DNA of 64,000 nt. Source: Candidatus Latescibacterota bacterium (lineage in GTDB: Bacteria > Latescibacterota > UBA2968 > GCA-2709665). A program made the position numbers and the translations under genes. A model generated the notes under the pieces. It was given only the letters and a program-made list of their open reading frames with translations. It made no database searches and was not told the DNA's origin. The stretch is from NCBI GenBank assembly GCA_965208835.1, contig OZ242358.1, positions 1,664,001 to 1,728,000 of the forward strand, written 5' to 3'. Positions within the stretch are counted from its first letter, which is position 1. Every line of letters begins with the position of its first letter. Positions 1-9,867 of this stretch are shown piece by piece.

Positions 1-252
1 GAGCGCACGGTCGGATTCGTCGGCGCCATATCCCACGATTTCGGCATCCCGACCGACGAAGTTCATGCCGAGCCGAATCAGAGTTCGGCACACCTCGGCG
101 GCAGGGCAGTCGTCGTTCTGCACAGCCGAAAGGAGTTCCTCCACACGCTGGGCGAGCGCGCCGGGTTGCGGATCGATGAGTACCTGGTCCGCCGCGGCGA
201 GCGTCTGTCCGTTCTGGATCGCTTCCACGACAGCGGAGTTGTCGATTGCCAT
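1..252 (-). CDS. 5' part of a protein of unknown function, running off the left edge of the window
   Basis: ATG at 252 with a GGGAGG Shine-Dalgarno upstream. Frame is open to position 1 (MAIDNSAVVEAIQNGQTLAAADQVLIDPQPG...). Not in the ORF track because it has no stop inside the window. Confidence 0.6.
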   Translation of the reverse strand, partial: MAIDNSAVVEAIQNGQTLAAADQVLIDPQPGALAQRVEELLSAVQNDDCPAAEVCRTLIRLGMNFVGRDAEIVGYGADESDRAL

Positions 253-352
253 TCTGGGACCTCCCTTCACATCGTATCGGACTTGAATCGCCGCTGTTCA
301 CCGCCCGCCGGCAGACGCACCGGCGAACTCTGTTCCGCGGTCCTCCGGGTAA

Positions 353-514
353 GAAGCTGTTTTAAAATTACCGGTGAGTTCCCGAGCGCGCGCGAAAAAG
401 TGTCGGTCAAGGCGGGAAAATCCGCCCATATTTGTCTATACGGGTGGGTTTGACCAACGCCGACCGGCGCTTTTGCAGCCGCGCGAAGACCGCTGGGAAT
501 TTTAAAACAGCTTC
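353..514 (+). mobile_element. MITE family A, copy 1 (162 bp)
   Basis: Terminal inverted repeats GAAGCTGTTTTAAAATT / AATTTTAAAACAGCTTC. Three further copies of the same length occur in the window. Confidence 0.85.
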
Positions 515-520
515 AAAGAG

Positions 521-1327
521 TCATTCGATGCCCAGCACGTCTCTCATGCTGAACATCCCCGGGGGCGAGTTCACGACGTAGCGGATCGCCTGAATAACGC
601 CCACGGCGTAGGAATCCCGGCTCTGCGCACGGTGCACAAGCTGGAAGACTTCGCCGGTGCCGCCGAAGATGACGGTATGCTCCCCGGCCAGGTCTCCGGC
701 GCGTATTGCATGGATGCCGATTTCATCCCCCGTCCGCGCGCCGACTTCTCCGTGGCGCCCGTAAAGGGCCACGTCGCCGAGGTTGCGGCCCAGACCCGTT
801 GCCGCGGCGTTCGCCAGCGCGAGGGCGGTGCCGCTGGGGGCGTCGGTCTTGAAATGGTGATGGGCCTCGACGATCTCCACGTCGTACCCGCTGCCCATCA
901 TACGTGCGGCTTCTTCGACCAGTCTGGTCAGAACCGTCACGCCGATGCTGAAGCTGGGGGCAAAGACGCAGGCGACGTCCTCAAGGGCGGATTCGAATTC
1001 GGCAAGCTGCTGCGTCGACATCCCTGTGGTTCCCACCACCATGGGCTTGCCCGCGTTCCCTGCGATCCGCGCGGCGTCCAGCGTCCCGTCGGGGGGCGCA
1101 GTGAAGGCGACGACCACGTCCGCGCTTTCGATGACGGATTCCAGGCTGTCGACAACAGGGTGACCGGTGGCCCCGGTGCCCAGGACCTCGCCGATGTCCC
1201 GCCCTACGGCCGGGTTGCCCGGCGCTTCCACGCCGCCGGCGATGTTCAGTTCTCCGGTTTCCATGCTCAGGTGGGCGATTCGTCCGCATATGCGTCCCGC
1301 GATGCCGCAGATAGCCAGGTTTGTCAT
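521..1327 (-). CDS. dapB: 4-hydroxy-tetrahydrodipicolinate reductase
   Basis: N-terminal Rossmann fold, GTTG motif, E-x-HH-x-x-K-x-DAPSGTA catalytic motif, GEHTVIF. Confidence 0.95.
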   Translation of the reverse strand: MTNLAICGIAGRICGRIAHLSMETGELNIAGGVEAPGNPAVGRDIGEVLGTGATGHPVVDSLESVIESADVVVAFTAPPDGTLDAARIAGNAGKPMVVGTTGMSTQQLAEFESALEDVACVFAPSFSIGVTVLTRLVEEAARMMGSGYDVEIVEAHHHFKTDAPSGTALALANAAATGLGRNLGDVALYGRHGEVGARTGDEIGIHAIRAGDLAGEHTVIFGGTGEVFQLVHRAQSRDSYAVGVIQAIRYVVNSPPGMFSMRDVLGIE

Positions 1328-1362
1328 GTGGATTCTCCGCCGGTGTTCCGTCGTGCGGTTCC

Positions 1363-3156
1363 CTATTTGCTCAGCCGCTCCTCGAGGGCGTTGAGTTCGG
1401 TCAGCAGTTCCGCCGGCAGGCGATTTCCAAATCCCGCGTAGAAGTCGCGGATATCGGGCAGTTCGGCGCGCCAGGCGTCCGGGTCCACGGAAAGCAGCGC
1501 TTCAACGTCGGTCTCCGGGATGTCCAGTCCGTCGAGATCAAGGGCTTCGGGCGTGGGCACATAGCCGATCGGCGTTTCAATCGCGTCGGCGGTGCCGTCT
1601 ATCCGCTCGCAGATCCACTTGAGTACGCGGCTGTTCTCGCCGAATCCCGGCCAGAGCCAGTTCCCTTCGGCGTCTTTGCGGAACCAGTTCACGTAGAAGA
1701 TTCTAGGCGCGTTGCCGTCCAGCATGGCGCCGATCTTGAACCAGTGTCTGAAATAGTCTCCCATATTATAGCCGCAGAAGGGAAGCATCGCAAAGGGATC
1801 TCTCCGCAGCTTGCCCACCGCGCCTGCGGCGGCGGCCGTGGTTTCGGACGCCATGATGGAGCCCAGGAAAACGCCGTGCGTCCAGTTCAATGCTTCGAAT
1901 ACCAGAGGTACGACCGTGGAGCGGCGACCGCCGAAAATGAACGCGGACATGGGCACCCCGTCCGGGTTTTCCCATTCAGGATCGATGACGGGGCACTGTG
2001 CGGCGGGGGCGGTGTACCTAGCGTTGGGATTCGAGGCGTTGTCATCCGACGCGGGTGTCCACGTTCGCCCGAGCCAGTCTTCCAGCCGGGCCGGCGGGTC
2101 GTCTGTCATCTCTTCCCACCACACGTCGCCTTCCGGGGTCAGCGCGGTGTTCGTGAACAGGGAGTTCTCTTCAAGGGCGGCCATGGCGTGACCGTTGGAC
2201 TTAAGGCTGGTGCCGGGAGCGACGCCGAAGAATCCGGCCTCCGGGTTGATCGCGCGGAGTGCGCCATCGGGACCCTGGCGCATCCATGCGATATCGTCGC
2301 CGACGCAATTGGCTTTCCAGCCCGGGACCGTGGGCTGCAGCATGGCCAGGTTCGTTTTGCCGCACGCGGAGGGAAAGGCGGCGCCGATGTAATGTTTCCG
2401 GTTCTCGGGCGACGTGAGACCCAGGATGAGCATATGTTCGGCCATCCATCCTTCGTCGCGCGCCATTGTCGAGGCAATGCGAAGCGCGAAACACTTTTTA
2501 CCGAGCAGCGCATTGCCGCCGTAGCCCGAGCCGTAGGACCAGATGGAAGGCTCGTCAGGAAAGTGAACGATGTATTTCTGATCTGCGTCACAGGGCCATG
2601 AGACGTCTTTCTCTCCCGGCTCCAGCGGTGCGCCCACCGAATGCAGGCAGGGAAGGAATTCGCCGTCCCCCAGGGCGTTCAGCACGGCGTCGCCCGTTCG
2701 GGTCATAATATGCATGCTGCACACGACATATGGCGAGTCCGAGATCTCCACGCCGATCTTGGATGTCGGCGAACCGACGGGGCCCATGGAAAACGGGATG
2801 ACGTACATCGTTCTTCCGCGCATGGATCCGGAAAACAGACCCTTCAAAGTGCGTTTCATCTCGACCGGCTCCCGCCAGTTGTTGGTGGGGCCCACGTCCT
2901 CTTCGTCAGGTGTACAGATGTAGGTGCGGTCTTCCACGCGGGCGACGTCGCCCGCATCCGAGCGGGCGAGAAAGCTGTTGGGGCGAAGGTCCGGATTCAG
3001 GCGGGTGAACGTCCCTGCGCTGCACAGCAGGTCGGCAAGGCGATCGTACTCTTCACTTGAACCGTTGCACCAGTAGATGTCTTTCGGTTGGCAGAGTTTC
3101 GCTGCTTCATCGACCCATGTCAGCAGCTTGTGGTTTGTGGTACTTGCGTTTCTCAT
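1363..3156 (-). CDS. pckG: phosphoenolpyruvate carboxykinase (GTP)
   Basis: [42 protein letters not shown] and [12 protein letters not shown] motifs; 597 aa. Confidence 0.97.
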   Translation of the reverse strand: MRNASTTNHKLLTWVDEAAKLCQPKDIYWCNGSSEEYDRLADLLCSAGTFTRLNPDLRPNSFLARSDAGDVARVEDRTYICTPDEEDVGPTNNWREPVEMKRTLKGLFSGSMRGRTMYVIPFSMGPVGSPTSKIGVEISDSPYVVCSMHIMTRTGDAVLNALGDGEFLPCLHSVGAPLEPGEKDVSWPCDADQKYIVHFPDEPSIWSYGSGYGGNALLGKKCFALRIASTMARDEGWMAEHMLILGLTSPENRKHYIGAAFPSACGKTNLAMLQPTVPGWKANCVGDDIAWMRQGPDGALRAINPEAGFFGVAPGTSLKSNGHAMAALEENSLFTNTALTPEGDVWWEEMTDDPPARLEDWLGRTWTPASDDNASNPNARYTAPAAQCPVIDPEWENPDGVPMSAFIFGGRRSTVVPLVFEALNWTHGVFLGSIMASETTAAAAGAVGKLRRDPFAMLPFCGYNMGDYFRHWFKIGAMLDGNAPRIFYVNWFRKDAEGNWLWPGFGENSRVLKWICERIDGTADAIETPIGYVPTPEALDLDGLDIPETDVEALLSVDPDAWRAELPDIRDFYAGFGNRLPAELLTELNALEERLSK

Positions 3157-3232
3157 TCGACTCCTTCCAGAATTCGCTGGTTAACAGCCGGTTGAAAGAG
3201 GGCATCCGGGCTGCGGCCGATTCTTGTGGCTG

Positions 3233-4270
3233 TCAGTCTGCGTACGCCAGATCCTGGAGAACCGAGGCGTCCGCGACACGACTTGATATGTCCACGTTGA
3301 AAAATTGTTCGATGGGTGCGAACAGTTCAGGGTTGTTGTGCTGAACGGTTCGCGCGATTTCAAGCACCTGTTTCAGACCGTCCTGGTTCATTCTGCCCAG
3401 CGGCCGCCGGCACGGACCGGCCGGCATGCCAAGTATGTTCATCAGGGTCTTTATGGGCACCGGGTTACGGGCTTTGACCTGTGTCGTCCCGAAGGGCGTT
3501 TCTTCATCCGACAGGACCGTGACCATTCCGAAAAGGGGCTTGAGCGCATCCGCCAGCCGATCCGCTTCGGTCATGTCTCTCCTGAGAATCGCCTGCGTGA
3601 AACGCTGAATGGGACCGGGAACCACGTTGGACATGACGGAGATGACGCCGGATGCGCCGATGCGGGCGTCGGTCATCATGGCGTAGGTGATGTCGTCGTC
3701 ACCGGAGAGAATGTAGAAGCTGTCTCCGCAGACTTCACGCGTCCGGGCCATATTCTCCAGGTCGCCCGTTGCTTCTTTCACGGTGTTGACGTTTCCGAAG
3801 TCGCTGTGCAGGATGGCCAGGTCTTCGGGGAGCAGTTTCGTTCCCGAGCGGCCCGGAATGACATAGGAAACCATCTGAATTTCCGGGAAAGCTTCGGCGA
3901 CGGGCGCGACGTATTCACGGCGGATTTCGAGCGAACTGGGGCCGTTGTAATACGGATCAACCAGCAGCGCCGTATCTGCGCCGGCGTGTGCGGCGTGATC
4001 CGTTGCGCGAAGGGTCTCCTCGGTGGAGTTTCCACCGGTGCCGGCGATAGCCCGGCATTTCCCGCTGGCCAGCGCGCAGACTCGTTCCGTGACGCTGTTG
4101 TGCTCTCCACTGCTGAGGGTTGGACTCTCGCCGGTGGTGCCCACTGCGAGGACTCCGCTTACGCCCTGAGAAATCTGAAATTGGACGAGTCTCTCCAGCC
4201 CTGGTTCATCCACGCCCTTGTCGGCGTCTAGGGGTGTGATGAGGGCCGTGTAACATCCGCTGAATAACAT
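3233..4270 (-). CDS. dapA: 4-hydroxy-tetrahydrodipicolinate synthase
   Basis: GTTGESPTL, PYYN, Schiff-base KEA, SGDD and NPVPIK motifs. Start placed at ATG 4270, which follows a GGAGG RBS. Confidence 0.92.
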   Translation of the reverse strand: MLFSGCYTALITPLDADKGVDEPGLERLVQFQISQGVSGVLAVGTTGESPTLSSGEHNSVTERVCALASGKCRAIAGTGGNSTEETLRATDHAAHAGADTALLVDPYYNGPSSLEIRREYVAPVAEAFPEIQMVSYVIPGRSGTKLLPEDLAILHSDFGNVNTVKEATGDLENMARTREVCGDSFYILSGDDDITYAMMTDARIGASGVISVMSNVVPGPIQRFTQAILRRDMTEADRLADALKPLFGMVTVLSDEETPFGTTQVKARNPVPIKTLMNILGMPAGPCRRPLGRMNQDGLKQVLEIARTVQHNNPELFAPIEQFFNVDISSRVADASVLQDLAYAD

Positions 4271-4326
4271 GGGGTCACCTCCAGTTATTGAAATAGTGGA
4301 AACCGGAATACCCATCAGGGTATACC

Positions 4327-4372
4327 AAAAAAAACAGCCGGTTCCCGATGGGGATGGAGGCAAGGCCGGCCG
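4327..4372 (-). terminator. intrinsic terminator in the riboswitch expression platform
   Basis: Minus-strand CGGCCGG...CCGGCTG stem followed by 8 U, lying between the aptamer and dapA. Confidence 0.6.
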
Positions 4373-4394
4373 TGCAAGTTCCAGCATGGATGGC

Positions 4395-4571
4395 GCAAGA
4401 GAGCACTCCACGGAGCATTCCGTGACAGTCCAGCGGATCTTATCCGATTGGACCAGCCCCTTTCTGTGGCGGAACAGAATCGGGGCTTCGGCAGGTTTAC
4501 CCTTTCACCGGTGCGCTGGTTTCGCCTCGCATTCACCGGGTACTCTTGAAAACCTGCGCCTCTACCCTTGC
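4395..4571 (-). promoter_or_regulatory. lysine riboswitch (L-box) aptamer
   Basis: Minus strand reads GCAAGGGTAGAGGCGC...AGAGTA...GAAAGG...GCCGAAG...GCTGG...GACTGTCA...GGAGTGCTCTCTTGC. These are the L-box blocks in the expected order, with P1 end pairing, about 177 nt long, upstream of dapA. Confidence 0.88.
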
Positions 4572-4586
4572 CTTTCGGAAAGAAAC

Positions 4587-4615
4587 AAATTAGACAATGG
4601 GTGGGTCTGTGTCAA
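4587..4615 (-). promoter_or_regulatory. sigma70-type promoter for the riboswitch/dapA unit
   Basis: TTGACA-17 nt-TAATTT just upstream of the aptamer. Confidence 0.6.
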
Positions 4616-4752
4616 GTGTAAAGATGGATTGCGGGGCTATATATCGGGCGCGCGCGGGTCGTGGAGTTGGCCAGGTTCGGGAATGTCGCTTTGTCGCCAT
4701 GTTTTACTTTTGTCTATACGTTCCGTATCCTATATTCCGTCGTCCGTGTCCA

Positions 4753-4914
4753 GAAGCTGTCTTAAAATTCCCGGCGGTCTTCGCACGGCTGCAAGAGCGC
4801 CGGTCGGCGTTGGTCAAACCCACCGGTATAAACAAACATCGGCGGATTTTCCCGTCTTGACTGCCACTCTTTCGCTCGCGCTCGGGAACTCACCGGTAAT
4901 TTTAAGATAACTTC
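4753..4914 (-). mobile_element. MITE family A, copy 2 (162 bp, inverted)
   Basis: Reverse complement aligns end to end with 353-514. Confidence 0.85.
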
Positions 4915-4973
4915 CTGGCACTCACCCAGGTGGAAACGGGCTTCCCACACGGTATCTTCATGGAAGGTTGACT

Positions 4974-6212
4974 ATGCATTCCGTTGAACCGCAGCGGCAC
5001 ACCTTGAAGAACGGGATTGAAGTTGTTGCCGAGTCCATGCCCGGCGCCCAATCCGTTGTTGTTGCCTTCCGATTCGGCTTCGGAGCGCGGGACGATCCCG
5101 CCGATCGGCTCGGGTTGGCCTGGGTTGCGGAAGAAACGCTTCTCAAAGGAACGCCGAATCGCGACGCGCGTTCGATCTACGACGCTTTCGATTCCCTGGG
5201 CGCGCGCCGCGGCTCGGCGACGGCCGTCGAATTCACCGAGTTCCAGGCCCAGCTCCTGCCCAGGCATTTCCCGGAGGGCATGAGACTCTACGCCGAGGTA
5301 TTTCGCAGCGCATCCTTTCCGGACGAGCAGGTTGAAGTGGCGAAAACGCTGGCACTGGAAGAACTCAAACGCCTGGAAGACAACCCGACCCACCAGGTTC
5401 TGTATATGACCTACCTGGCGGGATTGGGGGATCCGATGGGGCGCAATCCTCTGGGAGAAGCCCCGAAAATAGCAGCGATCGCCCCGGAACACGTGCGCGA
5501 GTTCTGGCGGCGGTACTGCAGCCCGCAGCGACTTCTGATCTCCGTGGCCGGCGGCCTCGAGACGGACGCGATGTTCCGGGCGGCTGACGAGGCGTTCGGC
5601 GGCTGGACGAGGTCCGGGCCCCCGCCGCCGGTTCCTCAGCCGATCTCCGTGGCCGACCGGGAGGTACACCATACCAAACAGTCCGAACAGGCGCACATTT
5701 GTCTGCTCTTCAAGTCCGCGCCACGGGGTCACACGCTCTTCTACCCGACCCAGATCGCGGTTACCGTACTTTCCGGCAGCGGATCCAGCAGGCTGTTCAC
5801 GGAGGTAAGGGAGAAGCGCGGGCTGGCGTACAGCGTATCGGCCTCTTATCGCGCCCGTCGCGGCGGCGGCATGATTGCGCTTTACGCCGGCACCACGGCT
5901 GACCGCGCCGACGAGACCCTTTCCGTATGCCGGAGAGAGTTGGGGCGAGTCGCGGAGGATGTGACGCAGGCCGAACTCGACCGGGCGAAGACCGTCCTGA
6001 AGGGTCAGTTGTTCACGTCAGGCGATTTGCCTGAAGGTCGCGTGGGCAGTATGATGGACGGTTTGTTCATCGATGGGCGACCGCGTTCCATACAGCAGAT
6101 TGCGGAGGGAATAGACGGCGTGACATTGGACCGGATCCCAGCCTCCCTGGAGGCTTTCCCGCCGTCTCCTTCCACGATCGTGACTCTTGGGCCCAGGGCA
6201 TTGAAGTCATAG
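4974..6212 (+). CDS. M16 (pitrilysin family) peptidase, non-catalytic subunit
   Basis: M16 fold signatures. HxxEH is replaced by WVAEE, but the C-terminal REKRGLAY is retained. Confidence 0.85.
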   Translation: MHSVEPQRHTLKNGIEVVAESMPGAQSVVVAFRFGFGARDDPADRLGLAWVAEETLLKGTPNRDARSIYDAFDSLGARRGSATAVEFTEFQAQLLPRHFPEGMRLYAEVFRSASFPDEQVEVAKTLALEELKRLEDNPTHQVLYMTYLAGLGDPMGRNPLGEAPKIAAIAPEHVREFWRRYCSPQRLLISVAGGLETDAMFRAADEAFGGWTRSGPPPPVPQPISVADREVHHTKQSEQAHICLLFKSAPRGHTLFYPTQIAVTVLSGSGSSRLFTEVREKRGLAYSVSASYRARRGGGMIALYAGTTADRADETLSVCRRELGRVAEDVTQAELDRAKTVLKGQLFTSGDLPEGRVGSMMDGLFIDGRPRSIQQIAEGIDGVTLDRIPASLEAFPPSPSTIVTLGPRALKS

Positions 6213-6243
6213 CAGGTCCGGCGAAGATTCACAGGAGATTTGA

Positions 6244-7476
6244 ATGCAGTCACCGTTTTCCAACCATACGCTCGATAACGGACTTCAACTGGTGTTTGAG
6301 TCGATTCCAAGGATCAACTCGGCGGCGCTCGGATTCTATGTACACGCCGGCTCGCGCGACGAACCGCCGGAACTTGCAGGCGTGTCGCACTTCCTCGAGC
6401 ACATGTGTTTCAAGGGCACGAAAAAACGCGACTGGCGCCAGCTGAGTCTGGACGTCGACGACCTTGGCGCAATGTGGAACGCTTATACCTGGTGGGAGGG
6501 CACCGCATATTTTCACTGGGTGCAGAGCGAGCGTGCCGAGAGCTCAGCCGAAATCCTTGCAGACATGATGCGGTCTACGATCCCGGAAGACCAGTTCGAC
6601 ATGGAGAAGAAAGTCATCCTGGAAGAGATCGCGATGTATCGTGACCGGCCGGACGCGCTGATTATCGACGAACTGATTCAGGAGGTTTTCGCGGGGCACC
6701 CGCTCGGACAGAGCGTACTGGGAACCGAGGACTCGATCGGATCAATCTCCCGGGAGCAGATGGCGGATTATTTCGACAGGCGATATGCGCCGGACAATAT
6801 GACGCTCGTCGTTACCGGCAGATTCGATAGGGATTCAATGATTCGCGCGGCTGAAACCCATTGCGGCGGATGGGAACCGCGGAAGGCGATACGGCAGCAG
6901 GTGGAGCCTGTATTCCACCCGACCACACGCGTCGTGGAGCGCCCGAACGTGATCCGCGAGCATATCGCCATGGCGTTTCCCGCACCCTGCGACTCGGATG
7001 AATGGGCGACGACCGCGGATCTGCTCGCCCACTATCTCGGTGCGACCAGCAACAGCCGTCTGTTCTGGTCGGTTGTCCAGAAGGGGCTGGCTGACGAGGC
7101 CTCGGCGGACTTCTACGGTTTCAGCGATACCGGTCTATTCTACGTTTATATTTCCGTCGATCCGGAAAACGTCCCGCGGGTCCTCGAGATTGTGCGGAGA
7201 GAAATCGAAGGGCTGAAGGCGGGTGTGGACGGAGATGCCCTCGCCAGGTCCAGGACCAAGCAGGCGACAGCGCTGGTGGTTGGCGGCGAACACGGGCTCC
7301 GGCGTTTCTCGCAGATCGTTGGAAACCTGAGTACGGATACGCCATTGAAGACGCTTGAAGAGGAGTTGGCCGAGATCGACGCGGTTACACCGAAACGGAT
7401 CGCCGAATACCTGGAGCGTTTCCCTCTCCATTGCGAGCCGGCGTTGGTGGCGCTCGGGCCGTTGACGTCAATCTGA
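6244..7476 (+). CDS. M16 zinc peptidase, catalytic subunit
   Basis: GSRDE, HFLEH inverted zinc motif, NAYT, EKKVILEE. Confidence 0.9.
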   Translation: MQSPFSNHTLDNGLQLVFESIPRINSAALGFYVHAGSRDEPPELAGVSHFLEHMCFKGTKKRDWRQLSLDVDDLGAMWNAYTWWEGTAYFHWVQSERAESSAEILADMMRSTIPEDQFDMEKKVILEEIAMYRDRPDALIIDELIQEVFAGHPLGQSVLGTEDSIGSISREQMADYFDRRYAPDNMTLVVTGRFDRDSMIRAAETHCGGWEPRKAIRQQVEPVFHPTTRVVERPNVIREHIAMAFPAPCDSDEWATTADLLAHYLGATSNSRLFWSVVQKGLADEASADFYGFSDTGLFYVYISVDPENVPRVLEIVRREIEGLKAGVDGDALARSRTKQATALVVGGEHGLRRFSQIVGNLSTDTPLKTLEEELAEIDAVTPKRIAEYLERFPLHCEPALVALGPLTSI

Positions 7477-7608
7477 CGGGCGAGGTCCAGGTCGGGCAAC
7501 GCCTGTCCGGGACGGTGGCGGGACCGAAGATGCCCCCGGGAAATTATGTCGGCTTCAACGGCGAGATCGGCTTGCGGGGCGCCGGACTTGTGATTCGGGA
7601 CCGGCCGT

Positions 7609-8832
7609 TCACGCGTAGCCGGCGAGGACGTCGTCGAGGGAACGGGTGGGTTCGAAAAAGGAGAGAACGCGCAGGAGCACGGCATCGACAATGGCGTCGG
7701 GGCACGAAGCGCCGGACGTCAGCGCAACGCTCAGGGGGCGTTTGTCAGGCAGCCAGTCCGTCGTAAGGGCGGCTTTTTTTGTCTCCAGGTTGTAGTGGCG
7801 GATAAGGGATACCGAACGGATTTCATCCGCGTCTTTGACGAAATAGGTGGGCATCCGTTCGAGGCAGAGTTCCACGATGTGCGACGTGTTGGAGGAGTTG
7901 TATCCGCCGACGACCAGCGCCAGGTCCGCCTCCTGCTCGACGAGGACGTAAGTCGCGTTCTGGTTTTCGTTGGTTGCGTAGCACAGGGTATCCGAAGTGT
8001 CGGCGTAGTGCTTCTGGATGTTTTCTTCTCCGTAACGGTCCGCAAGGGCGCCGCGCAGAATCTTCGCGATGTGCCGCGTTTCGGTGGCCAGCATGGTCGT
8101 CTGATTGACGATTCCGATGCGCTGGAGATCTCGGTCCGGGTCGAAGCCTTCCGAGCATTTGTGGCCGAAGTGCTCGAAGAAAACGCCGCGGCCCGCCGCC
8201 CCCCGTATGACGTCGGCAAGAACGTGTGACTCCTGGAGATCCAGTACCACGACCGTCGCCGCGTTCCGTACACTGTGAGAGAAGGTGGCGCGTGTCTCCT
8301 GGTGGGCATCGTTGCCGTGTACGACCACGGAGAATCCCGACTCACCCAGTTTGGCGCTCCGGTTCCAGACCCGCTCCACAAAGGGGCAGGTCGTGTTGTA
8401 GGTGTAGGCGTCAATGCCGCGGGACGCAAGGGCATCCTGGATTTCAACGGTGGTGCCGAACGCGGGCACCACGACGATGTCTTCCGGGGCAAGGTAATTC
8501 CACGGGATGAGCTGCATTCCGTACGGATCGAATATGAACTCCACGCCCCTGTCTTTCAGGTCGTTGTTGACGTTGGGATTGTGAATCATTTCGTTTAGGA
8601 AATAGATGCGCCGGTCCGGGTGTTCATCGAGCGTCTTGTAAGCGATTTCGATCGCGTTTTCCACGCCGAAGCAGAACCCGAAATGACGGGCCAGCAGAAA
8701 CCGGACCGGGCCGAAGTCGAGTACTGAGGGCGACAGATCCCGTTTGCGCATGTCCTGCATCTGTCTGTACGCCTTCACGCGCGCAATGACGGGACTCTTG
8801 TAGAAATCGGGTATGTCGAATTTGCGTGCCAT
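7609..8832 (-). CDS. ispH: 4-hydroxy-3-methylbut-2-enyl diphosphate reductase
   Basis: GFCFGV, IHNP, TTCPFV, NQTT, TLCYAT and GGYNSSNT motifs, with three Fe-S cysteines. Confidence 0.95.
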   Translation of the reverse strand: MARKFDIPDFYKSPVIARVKAYRQMQDMRKRDLSPSVLDFGPVRFLLARHFGFCFGVENAIEIAYKTLDEHPDRRIYFLNEMIHNPNVNNDLKDRGVEFIFDPYGMQLIPWNYLAPEDIVVVPAFGTTVEIQDALASRGIDAYTYNTTCPFVERVWNRSAKLGESGFSVVVHGNDAHQETRATFSHSVRNAATVVVLDLQESHVLADVIRGAAGRGVFFEHFGHKCSEGFDPDRDLQRIGIVNQTTMLATETRHIAKILRGALADRYGEENIQKHYADTSDTLCYATNENQNATYVLVEQEADLALVVGGYNSSNTSHIVELCLERMPTYFVKDADEIRSVSLIRHYNLETKKAALTTDWLPDKRPLSVALTSGASCPDAIVDAVLLRVLSFFEPTRSLDDVLAGYA

Positions 8833-8841
8833 AGTTGGTGA

Positions 8842-9003
8842 GAAGCAGTATCAAAATTCCCGGTGCGCTCCCGAGCGCGAGCGAAAGGGTGTCGGTCCAG
8901 GCGGGCAAATTCGCCCATATCTAAAGATACGGGTGGATTTGACCAACGCTGACCGACGCATTTGCAGCCGCGCGAAGACCGCTGGGAATTTTTATGCAGC
9001 TTC
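8842..9003 (+). mobile_element. MITE family A, copy 3 (162 bp)
   Basis: Aligns with copy 1 and is flanked by TGA on both sides. Confidence 0.85.
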
Positions 9004-9057
9004 TGATGGTCGTCGCAACCCCGTGCCCGGGGACGTTACGGCTGTTGCTTTCGCTCT

Positions 9058-9507
9058 TCACTTTTGTCCGGTGCTGCCGAACCCGCCCCGGTCCGCTGCC
9101 CCGAGGTGTTCGGCTTCATCCCAGTCGGCCTGGACGATGCGAACGAATATCCCCTGCGCGAGCCGTTCGCGGCGCCGGACGTTTACGGGACTGTCTGTGA
9201 AGTTATAGACCTGGATGTGGATCTCGTCATTCGGTCCGCGGTAGTCCTGATCGACAATGCCGACGCCATTCGGTACCATCAGGCCCTTTCTGTGCGGCAG
9301 GCTGCTTCGGGCCGCAAGCAGGAGCATGTACCCAGGCGGAACGGCAACGATGAGATTGACCGGGACCAAACGGATTTCACCCGGTGGGACAACGATGTCC
9401 TTCCTGCAGAGCAGATCGAATCCGACGGAGCCGGGTGTCTGATGGCGCGGCAGAGGGAGCGACGGGTCCACTCTGCTGATCTGAATTTTCTTTACATGCT
9501 CGCCCAG
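9058..9507 (-). CDS. dut: dUTP diphosphatase (start uncertain)
   Basis: GFDL, ARSS, GIVDQDYRG, RLAQ and RGGFGSTG motifs. The upstream part of the predicted ORF runs through a repeat, so the start was placed at a CTG following AAAGGA. Confidence 0.9.
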   Translation of the reverse strand: MGEHVKKIQISRVDPSLPLPRHQTPGSVGFDLLCRKDIVVPPGEIRLVPVNLIVAVPPGYMLLLAARSSLPHRKGLMVPNGVGIVDQDYRGPNDEIHIQVYNFTDSPVNVRRRERLAQGIFVRIVQADWDEAEHLGAADRGGFGSTGQK

Positions 9508-9524
9508 CGTCGCGATTCCTTTGG

Positions 9525-9623
9525 CAATCCGTGGATAAAGTCGCTCTGCAGGCGAGGCCGAGCAACGCAGTGTTTCGACCGCAAGGGCTGGCCGCAGCCC
9601 GGTAGGACGCTTCAATCGGGCCG
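9525..9623 (+). mobile_element. MITE family B, internally deleted copy
   Basis: Shares GATAAAGTCGCTCTGCAGGCGAGGCCGA and GCAACGCAGTRTTTCGACCGCAAGGGC with 19131-19276. Confidence 0.75.
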
Positions 9624-9650
9624 TCAGGAGGCCGGTTTGTCGATGAGACC

Positions 9651-9679
9651 ATATTAACCATCGGCTCGATTGCTGTCAA
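9651..9679 (-). promoter_or_regulatory. sigma70-type promoter for dut-ispH
   Basis: TTGACA-17 nt-TAATAT. Confidence 0.6.
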
Positions 9680-9867
9680 CAGTTTTCCTGGGTTTGACGC
9701 GGAAATCCGTCGATGCGTACTGCCGTTATAGCTTGACTTTCCAGTACCTCGTTGTCATCATATACAGCGTTAATTCAACGCGTACCGAAGCCTGCAGACG
9801 GCAACGCCTTCGCTTGCAATACGCAGTGCTGGCGCGGCCGAATCACGTTCCGAAGGGTGGATGAGAG

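Noticed and set aside
4271-4411. Longer dapA start from the ORF track
   Set aside because: Runs through the riboswitch terminator; a good RBS precedes ATG 4270.
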